From: Longimicrobiales bacterium
GTDB lineage: Bacteria > Gemmatimonadota > Gemmatimonadetes > Longimicrobiales > Gaopeijiaceae
DNA length: 64,000 nucleotides
NCBI GenBank assembly: GCA_965202805.1
Contig: OZ241869.1
Span: 480,001 to 544,000, forward strand
Direction: 5' to 3'
Shown here: positions 44,283-55,641 of the stretch, piece after piece
How positions within the stretch are numbered: position 1 is the stretch's first letter
Layout of the letters: each line of letters starts with the position of its first letter
Notes under the pieces: generated by a model
Databases searched by the model: none
What the model was told of the DNA's origin: nothing
Seen by the model: the letters and a program-made list of their open reading frames with translations, nothing else
Translations under genes and position numbers: made by a program

Positions 44283-45256
44283 GAGGGCAGCCCGGTTTCC
44301 ACGGGATAGTCGAAGTACGTCGCCACGATGATGCCGTGCAGCGCCCGGCTGTCCTTCAGCAGCTCCTCGAGAGGACCTCGACCCTCTCCGGGATCGTCCC
44401 CGTCTGCCGGGTCCGCCTCCACGGCCGCGGACAGGCGCAACACCATGCGGTGGGGAGCCGCCAGGGGATAGCGGGCGCCCCTCGGGTCGATGCCGGCAAG
44501 GAACTTCTCGATGCGTTGCACGGCGAAGGACAGCGACCAGGGCAGCTCCGGGTTGCGGGCCAGGAAAGCGACCGCGGGACCCCGGCGGATCACCATGGAG
44601 TGGGCGCGACAGTAGAACTCGTAGGCGCCGCAAACCCGCAGCAGCCCCGCCCAGGACAGCGAGGGCGCGTCGCCGGAATCCTGGCCGACCCGGTCCCAGG
44701 CGTCCAGCAGAGCCGCCTGGTGCTGAAGGCGTTCGACGAATCGGCCCAGCTCCAGGAAGCGCCATGCGTCGTCCCGGGGCATGCGGGCGTCCACCACGCC
44801 CGCCAGCAGCCGCAGCCGGTCGATCGCCTCGCCCGCGAGCCCCGCCGGTCCCTCCCCCCACGCCCTGGGGAAGTCGCAGTCCCGGATCCAGAAGAAGCCC
44901 TGGTTGAGACAGGTCCAGACGCGGACCGGGAGCCAGGGCCTGAGCTGCTTGGCGTTTTCCCGCGCCATGGTCCAGCAGCGGATCATGGAGTCGGGGTTGG
45001 TGGTTTCCTCGACCAGGCTCGCGGCGAGCGTATAGGCATCGGCGAGCAGAAAGGATTCGGCCTCGTCGGCTACGGTGGGGGTGACGAGCGCATTCTGTCC
45101 GAGGGCGCGATAGACGACCCTCCAGCTCAGCGCCAGCTCGTCGGCGGGGGTGTCCACGAGACGCGTGAGCTGGTACTGGAGGAGCCGGGCCGTGTGCTCG
45201 GTGCGCTCGAAGTAGCGCCCCATCCAGTAGAAGTCCGCGGCCGCCCGCGCGAGCAT
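44279..45256 (-). CDS. Alpha-E domain protein (DUF403)
   Basis: MLARAAADFYWMGRYFERTEHTAR, ARENA, LGRFVER. Confidence 0.9.
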   Translation of the reverse strand: MLARAAADFYWMGRYFERTEHTARLLQYQLTRLVDTPADELALSWRVVYRALGQNALVTPTVADEAESFLLADAYTLAASLVEETTNPDSMIRCWTMARENAKQLRPWLPVRVWTCLNQGFFWIRDCDFPRAWGEGPAGLAGEAIDRLRLLAGVVDARMPRDDAWRFLELGRFVERLQHQAALLDAWDRVGQDSGDAPSLSWAGLLRVCGAYEFYCRAHSMVIRRGPAVAFLARNPELPWSLSFAVQRIEKFLAGIDPRGARYPLAAPHRMVLRLSAAVEADPADGDDPGEGRGPLEELLKDSRALHGIIVATYFDYPVETGLPS

Positions 45257-46776
45257 CAGTCCGGCACCCCGTGGCCCCGCAGCACCCAGAGGTCCTTGCA
45301 GCCCCCGCCCTGGCTGGAGTTCACCACCAGCCCGCCCCTCCGCAGCGCTACCCGGCAGAGGCCGCCGGGAGCGATCCAGGTGTCGGAGCGGCCGCGCAGC
45401 ACGAACGGGCGGACATCCACGTGGCGCGGTTCCAGATTGCCCTCCACGAAGCAGGTCGCCCGCGACAGGGCGAGCACCGGCTGGGAAATGAAGTTGTCCG
45501 GGTGGTGGCGCAGGCGCGCCGCGAACCGCTCGCGCTCGCCGGCGGTGGAGTGCGAGCCGACCAGCATTCCGTATCCGCCCGATCCTCCGACCTCCTTGAC
45601 CACGAGGTTCTCGAGGTTGTCCAGGGTGTACGCGAGTCCCTCGCGCGTGCGGCACATGTGCGTTTCGACGTTGGCCAGGATGGGCTCCTCGTCGAGGAAA
45701 TAGCGGATGAGGTCCGGCACGTAGGCGTAGACCGCCTTGTCGTCGGCGACGCCGGTGCCGGGGGCGTTGGCGATCACCACGTTGCCGGCCCGGTACGCGT
45801 GGAAGAGGCCGGGGACCCCGAGCAGCGAGTCGGAGCGGAAGGTGACCGGGTCGAGGAAGTCGTCGTCGACCCGCCGGTAGATGACGTCGATCCGCCTGAG
45901 TCCGGTGACGGTGCGGGCGTATACGATGCCGTCGTGCACCACGAGGTCCCGCCCCTCCACCAGGTCGGCGCCCATCTCGCCGGCCAGGAAGGCGTGTTCG
46001 TAGTAGGCGGAGTTGTACCGCCCCGGGGTGAGCACCGCCACCCTGGGCGAACCCGCCCAGGAGCCCAGCGATGCCAGGGTCGCGTAGAGCTGCTCCGGAT
46101 AGCGGGCGATCTCGCGCACGTTGTGCGAGCGGTACAGCCGGGGGAACGCCTGCTTCATGGCGACCCGGCAGGCCAGCATGTACGAGACCCCGGAGGGAAC
46201 CCGCAGGTTGTCCTCAAGCACCGCGAAGCCGTCGTGGGTGCGTATCACGTCGGTGCCGCAGACGGAGACGTAGACGTCGTTCGGGACCCGCAGGCCCCGC
46301 ATCTCGACCCGGTACTGGGGGCACCCCAGCACCAGGTCGGGGGGCACGATGCCGTCCTTCAGCGACTTCCCGTTGTGGTAGATGTCCGCGAGGAAGAGGT
46401 TGAGCGCGGTCAGGCGCTGCGTGAGGCCCCGGTCGATGTGGTCCCATTCCTCGGCCGTGAGCAGACGGGGCACGCAGTCGATGGGGATGATCTGCTCCGA
46501 CGCCCGCTCCGCGCCGATGACGGTGAAGGTGATCCCCTCGTGGATGAACCGGCGGGCGACGCCTTCCTGAAGCTGCGCCAGCTCCTCGGGCGGCGCCTGC
46601 GACAGCGCCGTGCCCAGCCGCCGCGAGACGCCGCGGAGGCTTCCGTCTCCGCGGAACATCTCGTCGTAGAAGCGAGCGTCCAGTTCGTAGCGGGCGAACC
46701 CGTCCGACCCGGCCACCCCGGGTCGGGAGTCGTCGGGACAGGCCCGGTCGAAGGATGCGTGCGCGGACGCAGTCAA
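45256..46776 (-). CDS. Circularly permuted type 2 ATP-grasp protein
   Basis: VLEDNLRVPSGVSY, NSAYYEHAFLA, IYRRVDDDFLDP, NAPGTGVADDK, VNSSQGGGCKD. Confidence 0.93.
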   Translation of the reverse strand: MTASAHASFDRACPDDSRPGVAGSDGFARYELDARFYDEMFRGDGSLRGVSRRLGTALSQAPPEELAQLQEGVARRFIHEGITFTVIGAERASEQIIPIDCVPRLLTAEEWDHIDRGLTQRLTALNLFLADIYHNGKSLKDGIVPPDLVLGCPQYRVEMRGLRVPNDVYVSVCGTDVIRTHDGFAVLEDNLRVPSGVSYMLACRVAMKQAFPRLYRSHNVREIARYPEQLYATLASLGSWAGSPRVAVLTPGRYNSAYYEHAFLAGEMGADLVEGRDLVVHDGIVYARTVTGLRRIDVIYRRVDDDFLDPVTFRSDSLLGVPGLFHAYRAGNVVIANAPGTGVADDKAVYAYVPDLIRYFLDEEPILANVETHMCRTREGLAYTLDNLENLVVKEVGGSGGYGMLVGSHSTAGERERFAARLRHHPDNFISQPVLALSRATCFVEGNLEPRHVDVRPFVLRGRSDTWIAPGGLCRVALRRGGLVVNSSQGGGCKDLWVLRGHGVPD

Positions 46777-46810
46777 GGTCCTCGTTGCTCCGGTTGGCGG
46801 TCCGTGGCTG

Positions 46811-48223
46811 CTAGGGATCGCGGTAATCCTGACCCTCGTCGGGATCCACCATCAGCACGAACTCGGGATAGGCTTCCAGCCCCAGCTCGGCGGCATCCTG
46901 TCCCACCTCCTCGACGGTGCGGGACACCCGGACGCCCATGGTCTTCTCCAGGATCGTCCAGACCACGAACGAGACCGCGAAGACGAAGGCGCCCACGCTC
47001 ACGACGCCGATCAGCTGAACGCCGACGTTGGCGCCCGCGGCGATCGACGTGGCGAGCGTGCCCCAGATGCCCGCGAAGAGGTGCGCGGGGACCGCCCCGA
47101 CCACGTCGTCGATCCGGCGCTGCTCCAGGAACTTGAGACCCAGGGTGCAGACGATTGCGCCGACGGCGCCGATCGCCACCGCCCAGCGGGCGTCGACGAT
47201 GTCGGGACCCGCGGTGATGGCGACCAGGCCGGCGAGCGCGCCGTTCAGGCCCGCGAAGAGATCGATGCGCCCGAGAATGGGCCGGGAGACGGCGAGCGCG
47301 GTGATCACGCCCGCTGCGGCCGCCAGGTTGGTGTTCACCAGGATGTTGCTCATGGCCAGCGCATTGACCGCGCCGTCGAGGGCGAGCTGCGAGCCGCCGT
47401 TGAACCCGAACCAGCCGAGCCAGAGGATGAACACGCCCAGGGTGACGGCCGGAATGTTGGACGGCGACATGATCTTGACCGTCCCGTCCTTGCGGAACCT
47501 GCCCCAGCGCGGCCCCACCACGAGGGCGCCGGCCAGCGCGGCCCATCCCCCGGTGGAGTGCACCATGGTGGACCCGGCGAAGTCCTGGAAGCCCATCTCG
47601 GCGAGCCAGCCGCCGCCCCAGTGCCAGGAACCGATGATCGGGTAGATGAAGGCGGTCAGGATCGCCGTGAAGGCGAAGAAGGCCCACATGTTGACCCGCT
47701 CCGCCAGCGCCCCGGAGACGATCGAGGCCGTGGTGGCCACGAAGACCATCTGGAAGAACCAGTCCGAGGTGACCGCGTAGCCGTTCTCGACCACGGCGGC
47801 CAGCGCGCCCTCATCCCCTCCCAGCAGCGCGGCCTCCTCGGCCGACGGGCCGTAGAACAGGTTGATCGACCCGATGAAGCCGCTCACGTCGACGTACATG
47901 AGGCCGTAGCCGACGAAGTAGTAGGTGAGCCCGGCGATCGCGTAGATGCCGATGTTCTTGAGGCAGATCATCGATGCGTTCTTCGATCGCACGGTCCCGG
48001 ATTCGAGCATGGTGAAGCCGGCGCACATCCACATCACCAGCGCGCCCCAGATCAGGAACGAGAAGGTGTTGAGGACGTAGCTCATCTCCGATCCGGATTC
48101 CTGGGCCAGGGCGGGGGCGGGAGCGAGAAGGAGGACGGCGGCGAACAGGCCTGTGAGTGTGCCGATGCGACCGATCCGGGTTCGAAGGGCGCGGGTGGTC
48201 GTGCTGCGTGGACGAGCGTGCAT
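46811..48223 (-). CDS. amt: Ammonium transporter
   Basis: GFTMLESG, FFQMVF, SGALAER, DFAGSTMVHSTGGW, GWFGFNGGS, DDVVGAVPAH. Confidence 0.95.
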   Translation of the reverse strand: MHARPRSTTTRALRTRIGRIGTLTGLFAAVLLLAPAPALAQESGSEMSYVLNTFSFLIWGALVMWMCAGFTMLESGTVRSKNASMICLKNIGIYAIAGLTYYFVGYGLMYVDVSGFIGSINLFYGPSAEEAALLGGDEGALAAVVENGYAVTSDWFFQMVFVATTASIVSGALAERVNMWAFFAFTAILTAFIYPIIGSWHWGGGWLAEMGFQDFAGSTMVHSTGGWAALAGALVVGPRWGRFRKDGTVKIMSPSNIPAVTLGVFILWLGWFGFNGGSQLALDGAVNALAMSNILVNTNLAAAAGVITALAVSRPILGRIDLFAGLNGALAGLVAITAGPDIVDARWAVAIGAVGAIVCTLGLKFLEQRRIDDVVGAVPAHLFAGIWGTLATSIAAGANVGVQLIGVVSVGAFVFAVSFVVWTILEKTMGVRVSRTVEEVGQDAAELGLEAYPEFVLMVDPDEGQDYRDP

Positions 48224-48472
48224 GGTGTCTCCGGTGATGATGTGGTTTATCGGGTGCATCCCGCGTTTTGTCGCCCCCATGAATGAAATCGTCGCTTTCT
48301 CGAACGGTTTCCCTGTCGACGGACACCCATCGCCCTGACGACGGGTTCAACATCGAATGCGTCATTATCTGTGTCGGTTTCCCGTTCCGCAAGCCGTCAC
48401 AGGCTCATGTTGCGCGGGTCGCCGGGGGGCCGCTTTGCGCATCGCCAGGCGGAAGTGTGATATCTTTCCTCC

Positions 48473-49468
48473 ATGAGATTTCCCTACCTTCCCGACGCTC
48501 CGGGCGGCTGCGTTCCACTCTTCCTGGCCCCCCAGGCGGGAGTGAGCGAGTCGCCCTTCCGCCGCCTGTGCCGGCGCTTCGGCGCGGATGTGGTGGTGAC
48601 GGAGTTCGTGAGCGCGGAGGGCATCTGCCACGGAAGCGAGAGAACGCGTGCCTACCTGCGCTTCGAGGAGGAGGAGCGGCCCATCGGGGTGCAGATCTTC
48701 GGCGCGCGCCCGGAGAGCATGGCCGAGGCGGCTGCGCTGGTCTCCGACGTGTACCAGCCCGACTTCATCGACATCAACTTCGGGTGCCCGGTGAAGAAGG
48801 TGGTGAAGCGCAACGGCGGCTCCGGCTGCCTGCGGGATCTGGGGCTGGTGGAGCGCATCGTGCGCGCGGTCGCGCGCGCGACACCGTTACCGGTGACGAC
48901 CAAGATCCGTAGCGGCTTCGACGAGAAGACGCGCGACCCGGTCACCATCGGTCTGCGCTGCCAGGACGCGGGCGCCGCCGTGGTCACCCTCCACCCGCGG
49001 ACGCGCGCGGACATGTATTCCGGACACGCGCGCTGGCACGAGATCGCGGCCCTGGTGGACGCGCTGGACATCCCCGTCGTGGGCAACGGCGACATCAAGA
49101 CCGGCGAGGACGCCCTCCGCATGCGCGAGGAGACGGGGTGCGCCGGGGTGATGATCGCGCGTGCCTCGCACGGCAGCCCCTGGGTGTTCGCGGGGGCCCG
49201 GGCCGCCCTCGACGGCGAGCGCCTTCCCCCGCTTCCAGACCCGGCCGAGCGCCTGGCCATCTGCCTGGAGCATGCGCAGAACGCGGTGGACTTCGAGCGG
49301 GATCACCGGAAGGCGGTCATCGAGTTCCGCAAGCACATGGGCTGGTATACGAAGGGGCTGCCCAACGGGCGCCGGCTCCGGACCCGGCTCTTCAGCCTGA
49401 CCACCCTGGAGGAAACACGGGAAGTGCTGAAGTGCTATCTTGAACGGGAGCTGGCGAGCGCCGCCTGA
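48473..49468 (+). CDS. dusB: tRNA-dihydrouridine synthase B
   Basis: LAPQAGVS, IDINFGCPVKKV, KIRSG, HPRTR, GNGDI, RKHMGWY. Confidence 0.9.
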   Translation: MRFPYLPDAPGGCVPLFLAPQAGVSESPFRRLCRRFGADVVVTEFVSAEGICHGSERTRAYLRFEEEERPIGVQIFGARPESMAEAAALVSDVYQPDFIDINFGCPVKKVVKRNGGSGCLRDLGLVERIVRAVARATPLPVTTKIRSGFDEKTRDPVTIGLRCQDAGAAVVTLHPRTRADMYSGHARWHEIAALVDALDIPVVGNGDIKTGEDALRMREETGCAGVMIARASHGSPWVFAGARAALDGERLPPLPDPAERLAICLEHAQNAVDFERDHRKAVIEFRKHMGWYTKGLPNGRRLRTRLFSLTTLEETREVLKCYLERELASAA

Positions 49469-49549
49469 GCGCGGCGGACGCGAGCGACGGGCGACCACAA
49501 GAGCAAAGGAGAACGTGCAACGGACCCAGAGCCGTCTGCACCAGACCGA

Positions 49550-49902
49550 GGGGGCGTAACGGCTTCGACGTGTTTGGTGAACGCGAGGTAGCGTGCCGAG
49601 GTCCGGGACGCCTCGAAAAAAACCCGGAATCAACACAATTGCCAACAATCACATGGCGATGGCTGCCTGAGTTTTCTCACAGCCCGTCTCCTGGCCCGCC
49701 CGCCCATGGCAGGCCCTGCAGGCGTCGACAAGTTGGGCTGGCCCGCGGCGATGCCGTCGCACCGCGGGCGAGACATTCGACGGCTAGTCGGGGAGTCGGC
49801 GGGTCGCTGGCCGCTCACCCGATGAAGCGCAACAGCGATCTACGCACGTAGAAGCTTCGCCGGACCCACTCGCGGACGCGGGTTCGACTCCCGCCGCCTC
49901 CA
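49550..49902 (+). ncRNA. ssrA: tmRNA; predicted tag (A)ANNHMAMAA encoded at 49641-49670
   Basis: 5' GGGGGCGTAACGGCTTCGAC, 3' GGACGCGGGTTCGACTCCCGCCGCCTCCA, G3-U alanine determinant, tag frame ending AA-TGA. Confidence 0.95.
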
Positions 49903-49920
49903 TCCCACCCTCCCAGGAAC

Positions 49921-50508
49921 GTGAACAGCAAACTCCGCATCCTCGCCGCCATTCTGCCGGCGGTGCTTCTTCTCGACGTCATCACCAAGCGCTGGGCGCT
50001 GAACGCGCTCGGCGGCGGACGCCGGATGGAGATCCTCGACGGCCTCGTGCCGCTGACCCTCGCCTTCAACCGGGGCGCGGCCTTCGGCATCTCGATCGGC
50101 AACGATCCGCGCTGGTTCTTCATTCCGGTCACCATCCTGGCCATGGGGCTGCTGGCCGTCCTCTTCGTGCAGAGCGAGAGCGGGGACCGGGTGAAGGTGG
50201 TGTCGATCTCGCTCATCCTCTCCGGCGCGCTCGGCAACCTGGTGGACCGGGTGCGCTGGGACCGGGGCGTGGTGGACTTCATCGGCCCCATCGACCTGGG
50301 CTTCATGGACTGGCCGATCTTCAACGTGGCCGATTCCGCCATCACCTGCGGCGCCGTCCTGCTCGGCATCTCCTTCTGGCGGGAGGAGCGCACCCGCGCC
50401 CACGAGACGGCTGCGGCCGAAGAGCCCGGCTCCGGCGGGCCGGAGCCGGGCCTTCCGGCGCAGGCGGAGGAGGCCTCCCGCACCACGGAAACGACCCCCG
50501 GCGGCTGA
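49921..50508 (+). CDS. lspA: Lipoprotein signal peptidase II
   Basis: DVITK, NRGAAFG, GALGNLVDR, VVDFI, WPIFNVADSAI. Confidence 0.95.
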   Translation: MNSKLRILAAILPAVLLLDVITKRWALNALGGGRRMEILDGLVPLTLAFNRGAAFGISIGNDPRWFFIPVTILAMGLLAVLFVQSESGDRVKVVSISLILSGALGNLVDRVRWDRGVVDFIGPIDLGFMDWPIFNVADSAITCGAVLLGISFWREERTRAHETAAAEEPGSGGPEPGLPAQAEEASRTTETTPGG

Positions 50509-50547
50509 GGGTCCCGAGGGACCCTGAAGCCGCCGGGGGTCGTTTTT
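50488..50547. terminator. Long hairpin between convergent lspA and glnA (likely terminator)
   Basis: AAACGACCCCCGGCGGCT..AGGGTCC-CGAG-GGACCCT..AGCCGCCGGGGGTCGTTTTT. Confidence 0.75.
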
Positions 50548-50600
50548 CCGGCCGGGGCACCCCGGCCGCTCCCCCGCGGACTACGGCACGAGGTGCTTCG

Positions 50601-52016
<1,416 letters not shown>

Positions 52017-52144
52017 GGTCACGCTCCGCTGAGGTATGAAAAGGGTCTGGGACGCGGACCGCGCGCCCCGGGATTCCGGTTGGGCCAATGGGAGGTCTGC
52101 GGGAACGCAGACGAGGGGAGGACCCGCGGGTGCCGCGGACCCCC

Positions 52145-52215
52145 GAAAAGAGAAGCGGCCAGGTTCCCGGAGACACTTCGTCCGGGTCCTGGCCGGAGAC
52201 ACCTCCGCCCGGGGA
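52145..52215 (-). promoter_or_regulatory. Candidate attenuator in the glnA leader
   Basis: Twin hairpins GGC-GGAGGT-GTC and GAC-GAAGT-GTC; the second sits inside GGCCAGG...CCTGGCC followed by TTCTCTTTT. Confidence 0.4.
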
Positions 52216-52325
52216 CAACGGCCCTCATGGGGCGATCCTGAGCGGGTCAACCATGTTCAGCACGAGGGACGTTATCAGCGGCTCGCGAGCCTGTCAACCT
52301 CCGGACAGGCTCATAATCACGGTCA

Positions 52326-53570
52326 TCATGGCGTGTCCTTCCGGACCGCGACATTCTCCGGCAGAAACACGACAAACTCCACCCGTCTGCCCCGCATGCG
52401 CGCGACCCGCAGCCTGCCGCCATCCACCGCGACTTCGTCGCCCGGCCGGGGAACGCGGTGCAGGCTGCCGAAGACGTAGCCCCCGATGGTGTCGGCCGCG
52501 TCGGAGGGCAGTTCCAGCCGCAGCCGCTGGTTGGCCTCGCGCACCGACACGCCTCCCCAGACCCGGACGCTCCCGTCGGCCAGGAGCTGGAATTCGGCGG
52601 GCTCGTGCGCCTCGTGCTCGTCGCGGATCTCTCCCACGATCTCCTCAATGAGGTCCTCGAAGGTCGCCAGTCCCGCGGTGCCGCCGAACTCGTCCAGGAC
52701 GATCGCCATCTTGGCGCCCTTGTCGCGGAGCTCCGGGATGAGTTCCTGAACGGGCCGGGAGACGGGGGCGAAGATCGGCGCGCGGGGCAGATCGCGGATC
52801 TCGGTCACCCCGCTCTGGTCCGCCCGCCACAGGTCGCGCGCCACCAGCACGCCCACGATCCTGTCGAGGGTTCCGGTGTGCACCGGGAGCCGCAGGTGGC
52901 CGTGGTCGAGCATGACCTCCTTGGCCTCTTCCACCGTTGCGCCCGCGTCGATCGCGACGATGTCGGTGCGCGGCGTCATGACCTCTCCCACCGGCACCTC
53001 GCCCAGGCGCATGACGTTGGACACGACCTGCCATTCGTCTTCCGCCAGAGTTCCGGTGGTCCACGCCATCCGCGCCATCACCTCGATCTCCTCGCGGCTG
53101 ATCCCGGGGTTCTTCCCGGATCCCTGGATCAGCTTCTGCAGCCACGAGAGCGGCACGACCAGCGGGCTCATCGAGAAGGTGAGCGCCTTCAGCACGTAGG
53201 CCGACGACGGGGCGAGCTGGTTGCAGAAGCGGGCCCCGGCAGTCTTGGGGATGATCTCTGAGAAGACCAGGATGGCGAAGGTGAACACGCCCGAGAAGGC
53301 AGCCACCCAGGCGCTGCCGAAGAGCTCGAAGGCGAGCGACCCGGCGAACGCCGCGCCCGCGGTATGGGCCACGGTGTTCAGCGTGAGGATGGCCGCGATC
53401 GGCTTGTCGATGTGGCTCTTGAGCTCGTGCAGGAGGCGGCCGGAGCGTCGACCCTCGGCGCGCCGCAGCTCGACGTAGCTGGTGTCGATGGACAGGAGCA
53501 CGGCCTCGAGAATCGAACAGAGCCCGGAGACGGCTAGCGTTGCGATCAGGGTCGCGATCAGGATCGTCAT
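52326..53570 (-). CDS. CNNM/hemolysin-family CBS domain membrane protein (CorC/HlyC-like)
   Basis: SILEAVLLS, ILVFSEIIPKT, VMTPRTD, VLDEFGGTAGLATFEDLIEEIVGEIRDE. Confidence 0.92.
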   Translation of the reverse strand: MTILIATLIATLAVSGLCSILEAVLLSIDTSYVELRRAEGRRSGRLLHELKSHIDKPIAAILTLNTVAHTAGAAFAGSLAFELFGSAWVAAFSGVFTFAILVFSEIIPKTAGARFCNQLAPSSAYVLKALTFSMSPLVVPLSWLQKLIQGSGKNPGISREEIEVMARMAWTTGTLAEDEWQVVSNVMRLGEVPVGEVMTPRTDIVAIDAGATVEEAKEVMLDHGHLRLPVHTGTLDRIVGVLVARDLWRADQSGVTEIRDLPRAPIFAPVSRPVQELIPELRDKGAKMAIVLDEFGGTAGLATFEDLIEEIVGEIRDEHEAHEPAEFQLLADGSVRVWGGVSVREANQRLRLELPSDAADTIGGYVFGSLHRVPRPGDEVAVDGGRLRVARMRGRRVEFVVFLPENVAVRKDTP

Positions 53571-53664
53571 CGTACCGATGATCGCAGTTTGGAAGTACGG
53601 GTGCAAACCCCGCGGGCCGCGGGTGCCACCTTCCATTTGGCGTGCGCCGGACCGAAATTCAGAA

Positions 53665-54798
53665 ATGAGCCGAACACGGCCCGTCCCCACCGATTCCCCA
53701 GGCCCCCCTTCGCCGCGGCGAAGGGCCGAGCGGCTGGCCCCCGAGGTCTTCGGGCTGCCCGTGATGGCGATGCGGGCCGGCCATTACACCGACCAGTACT
53801 TCAACTGGACACGCCGGGTGCTCGAGGCCGAGGGGCGCGCGCCCTCCGTGACCATGCAGGTCTTTCAGAAGAAGGATGTCCTGCTGGCGGGTACCGACGA
53901 GGCCGTGGCGATGCTCAGGCTGTGCCTGGCGGACGGGTACCGGTGGGAGGACCTCGAGGTTTGGTCGCTCGGCGACGGGGACCGGGCGGCCCCCCTCGAG
54001 TCGGTGATGCACGTGCGCGGTCCCTACCCGGCCTACGCCCATCTCGAGACCCTCTACCTGGGCGCGCTCGCGCGGGGCACCCGGGTGGCCACCGGCACCC
54101 GCAGGGCGGTGGAGGCGGCCTGGCCGCTTCCGGTGCTGTACTTCGCCGCGCGCCACGACCACTGGGCGGTGCAGATGGCCGACGGCTGGGCGGCGCATGT
54201 GGCCGGAGCGGCCGGCGTCTCCACCGACGCGCAGGGGGCGTGGTGGGGCGGGCGGGGAGAGGGGACGCTGCCGCACGCGCTGATCGCGGCGTACTCGGGA
54301 GACACGGTCGCCGCCACGAGGGCGCTCGCCCGCCGGGTGCCCGACCCGGTGCGCGTGGTCTCGCTGGTGGACTTCGACAACGACTGCGTGGGGACGGCAC
54401 TGAAGGTGGCGCGCGCGCTCGGCGAGAAGCTGTACGCCGTCCGCCTGGACACGGCAGAGAACATGGTCGACCGGTCGCTCGCGGAGGAAGCACAGGGGGA
54501 AGGCGCGCACGGGAGCGACCTGCGCGGCGTGAACCGCTGGCTCGTGTACAAGGTCCGGGACGCTCTCGACCGGAACGGGTTCGCGCACGTGCGCATCGTC
54601 GTTTCGGGAGGGTTCGACGGCGCGAGGATCCGGCGCTTCCGGGAGGCGGAGGTTCCGGTGGACGCCTTCGGGGTGGGCTCGTCCCTGATCCGCGGCCAGG
54701 TCAACTTTACGGCCGACGTGGTGAGAGTGGGCGGCGAATGGGTCGCCAAGGCGGGACGGAGCTACCGGCCGAACCCCTCGCTCGAGCGGGTGAAGTGA
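53665..54798 (+). CDS. Nicotinate/quinolinate phosphoribosyltransferase (PncB-like)
   Basis: YTDQYF, HLETLYLG, GTLPHALIA, LVDFDND, VRLDT, VSGGF, FGVGS. Confidence 0.85.
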   Translation: MSRTRPVPTDSPGPPSPRRRAERLAPEVFGLPVMAMRAGHYTDQYFNWTRRVLEAEGRAPSVTMQVFQKKDVLLAGTDEAVAMLRLCLADGYRWEDLEVWSLGDGDRAAPLESVMHVRGPYPAYAHLETLYLGALARGTRVATGTRRAVEAAWPLPVLYFAARHDHWAVQMADGWAAHVAGAAGVSTDAQGAWWGGRGEGTLPHALIAAYSGDTVAATRALARRVPDPVRVVSLVDFDNDCVGTALKVARALGEKLYAVRLDTAENMVDRSLAEEAQGEGAHGSDLRGVNRWLVYKVRDALDRNGFAHVRIVVSGGFDGARIRRFREAEVPVDAFGVGSSLIRGQVNFTADVVRVGGEWVAKAGRSYRPNPSLERVK

Positions 54799-54867
54799 CG
54801 GTCCGGTGCGGAGTGGAACCGTGAACACGGGGCTGACGACGGACGTTCATCGGCGGGGAAGACAGGG

Positions 54868-55641
54868 ATGACGCGTATCGGATGGGTGGTGGACGTGCAG
54901 CGGGACTTCATGGAACCGGACGGGCGGCTCTATGTGCGCGACCTGTTCGACGATCGCGATCCCGGAGCGGTGATGGCCGGGCCCCGGCTGGTCGAGGCCG
55001 TCGAGTGGATGCACGCCCACGCCGACCTGGTGGTGTACACGGCGGACTGGCACGGCTACGACGACGCCGAGATCGATGCCGCGAACCCGGATCCCGGCAA
55101 GGGCACCTACCCGCCGCACTGCATGGGTCGGTCGGCAGATCCCGCGGAGCGCCTCGGCGCGGAGATCATTCCGTCGCTGGCCGCCTCCGATTGCCTTGTG
55201 CTGGAGGTGGGGGCAACACCCGCCGACGTGCGCGCACTGCTGGCGCGCTGGCGCCGCCGGCCCCGGCCGGTGCTCATCCGCAAGAGCCGCTTCGACGTGT
55301 TCGAGGGCAATCGGGCTGCCGACCTCTTCGTGGAGTCGGTCACGCGCGCGCTCGATCCGGTGGAGTTCTTCGTGGCCGGAGTCGCGCGCGACGTGTGCGT
55401 CACGCAGGCCATCGACGGCCTCCAGGCGCGCGGCCACCGGGTCACCGCCATCCGGGACGCCATGTGGGGTCTGGGGCTCGAGGCCGAGGAGGACACCCTC
55501 GCGCGCTGGCGGGGGAAGGGGCGCGTCATCGAGGTGGCCGACCTGCCCCGCGTTGGGGCGGAAGCCGGCGACCCGGGCGGCGGGGTGTGCGCACCGCCGT
55601 CGTCGGCCGCCCATGCGCCCGTGGAGGACCGCCAGACATGA
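54868..55641 (+). CDS. Isochorismatase-family hydrolase (nicotinamidase PncA-like)
   Basis: VVDVQRDF, TADWH, YPPHC, GVARDVCV; next to the pncB-like gene. Confidence 0.8.
   Translation: MTRIGWVVDVQRDFMEPDGRLYVRDLFDDRDPGAVMAGPRLVEAVEWMHAHADLVVYTADWHGYDDAEIDAANPDPGKGTYPPHCMGRSADPAERLGAEIIPSLAASDCLVLEVGATPADVRALLARWRRRPRPVLIRKSRFDVFEGNRAADLFVESVTRALDPVEFFVAGVARDVCVTQAIDGLQARGHRVTAIRDAMWGLGLEAEEDTLARWRGKGRVIEVADLPRVGAEAGDPGGGVCAPPSSAAHAPVEDRQT

Noticed and set aside
52020..52260. Known glutamine (glnA) riboswitch
   Set aside because: I could not find the consensus of the cyanobacterial-type motif; reported as a candidate attenuator instead
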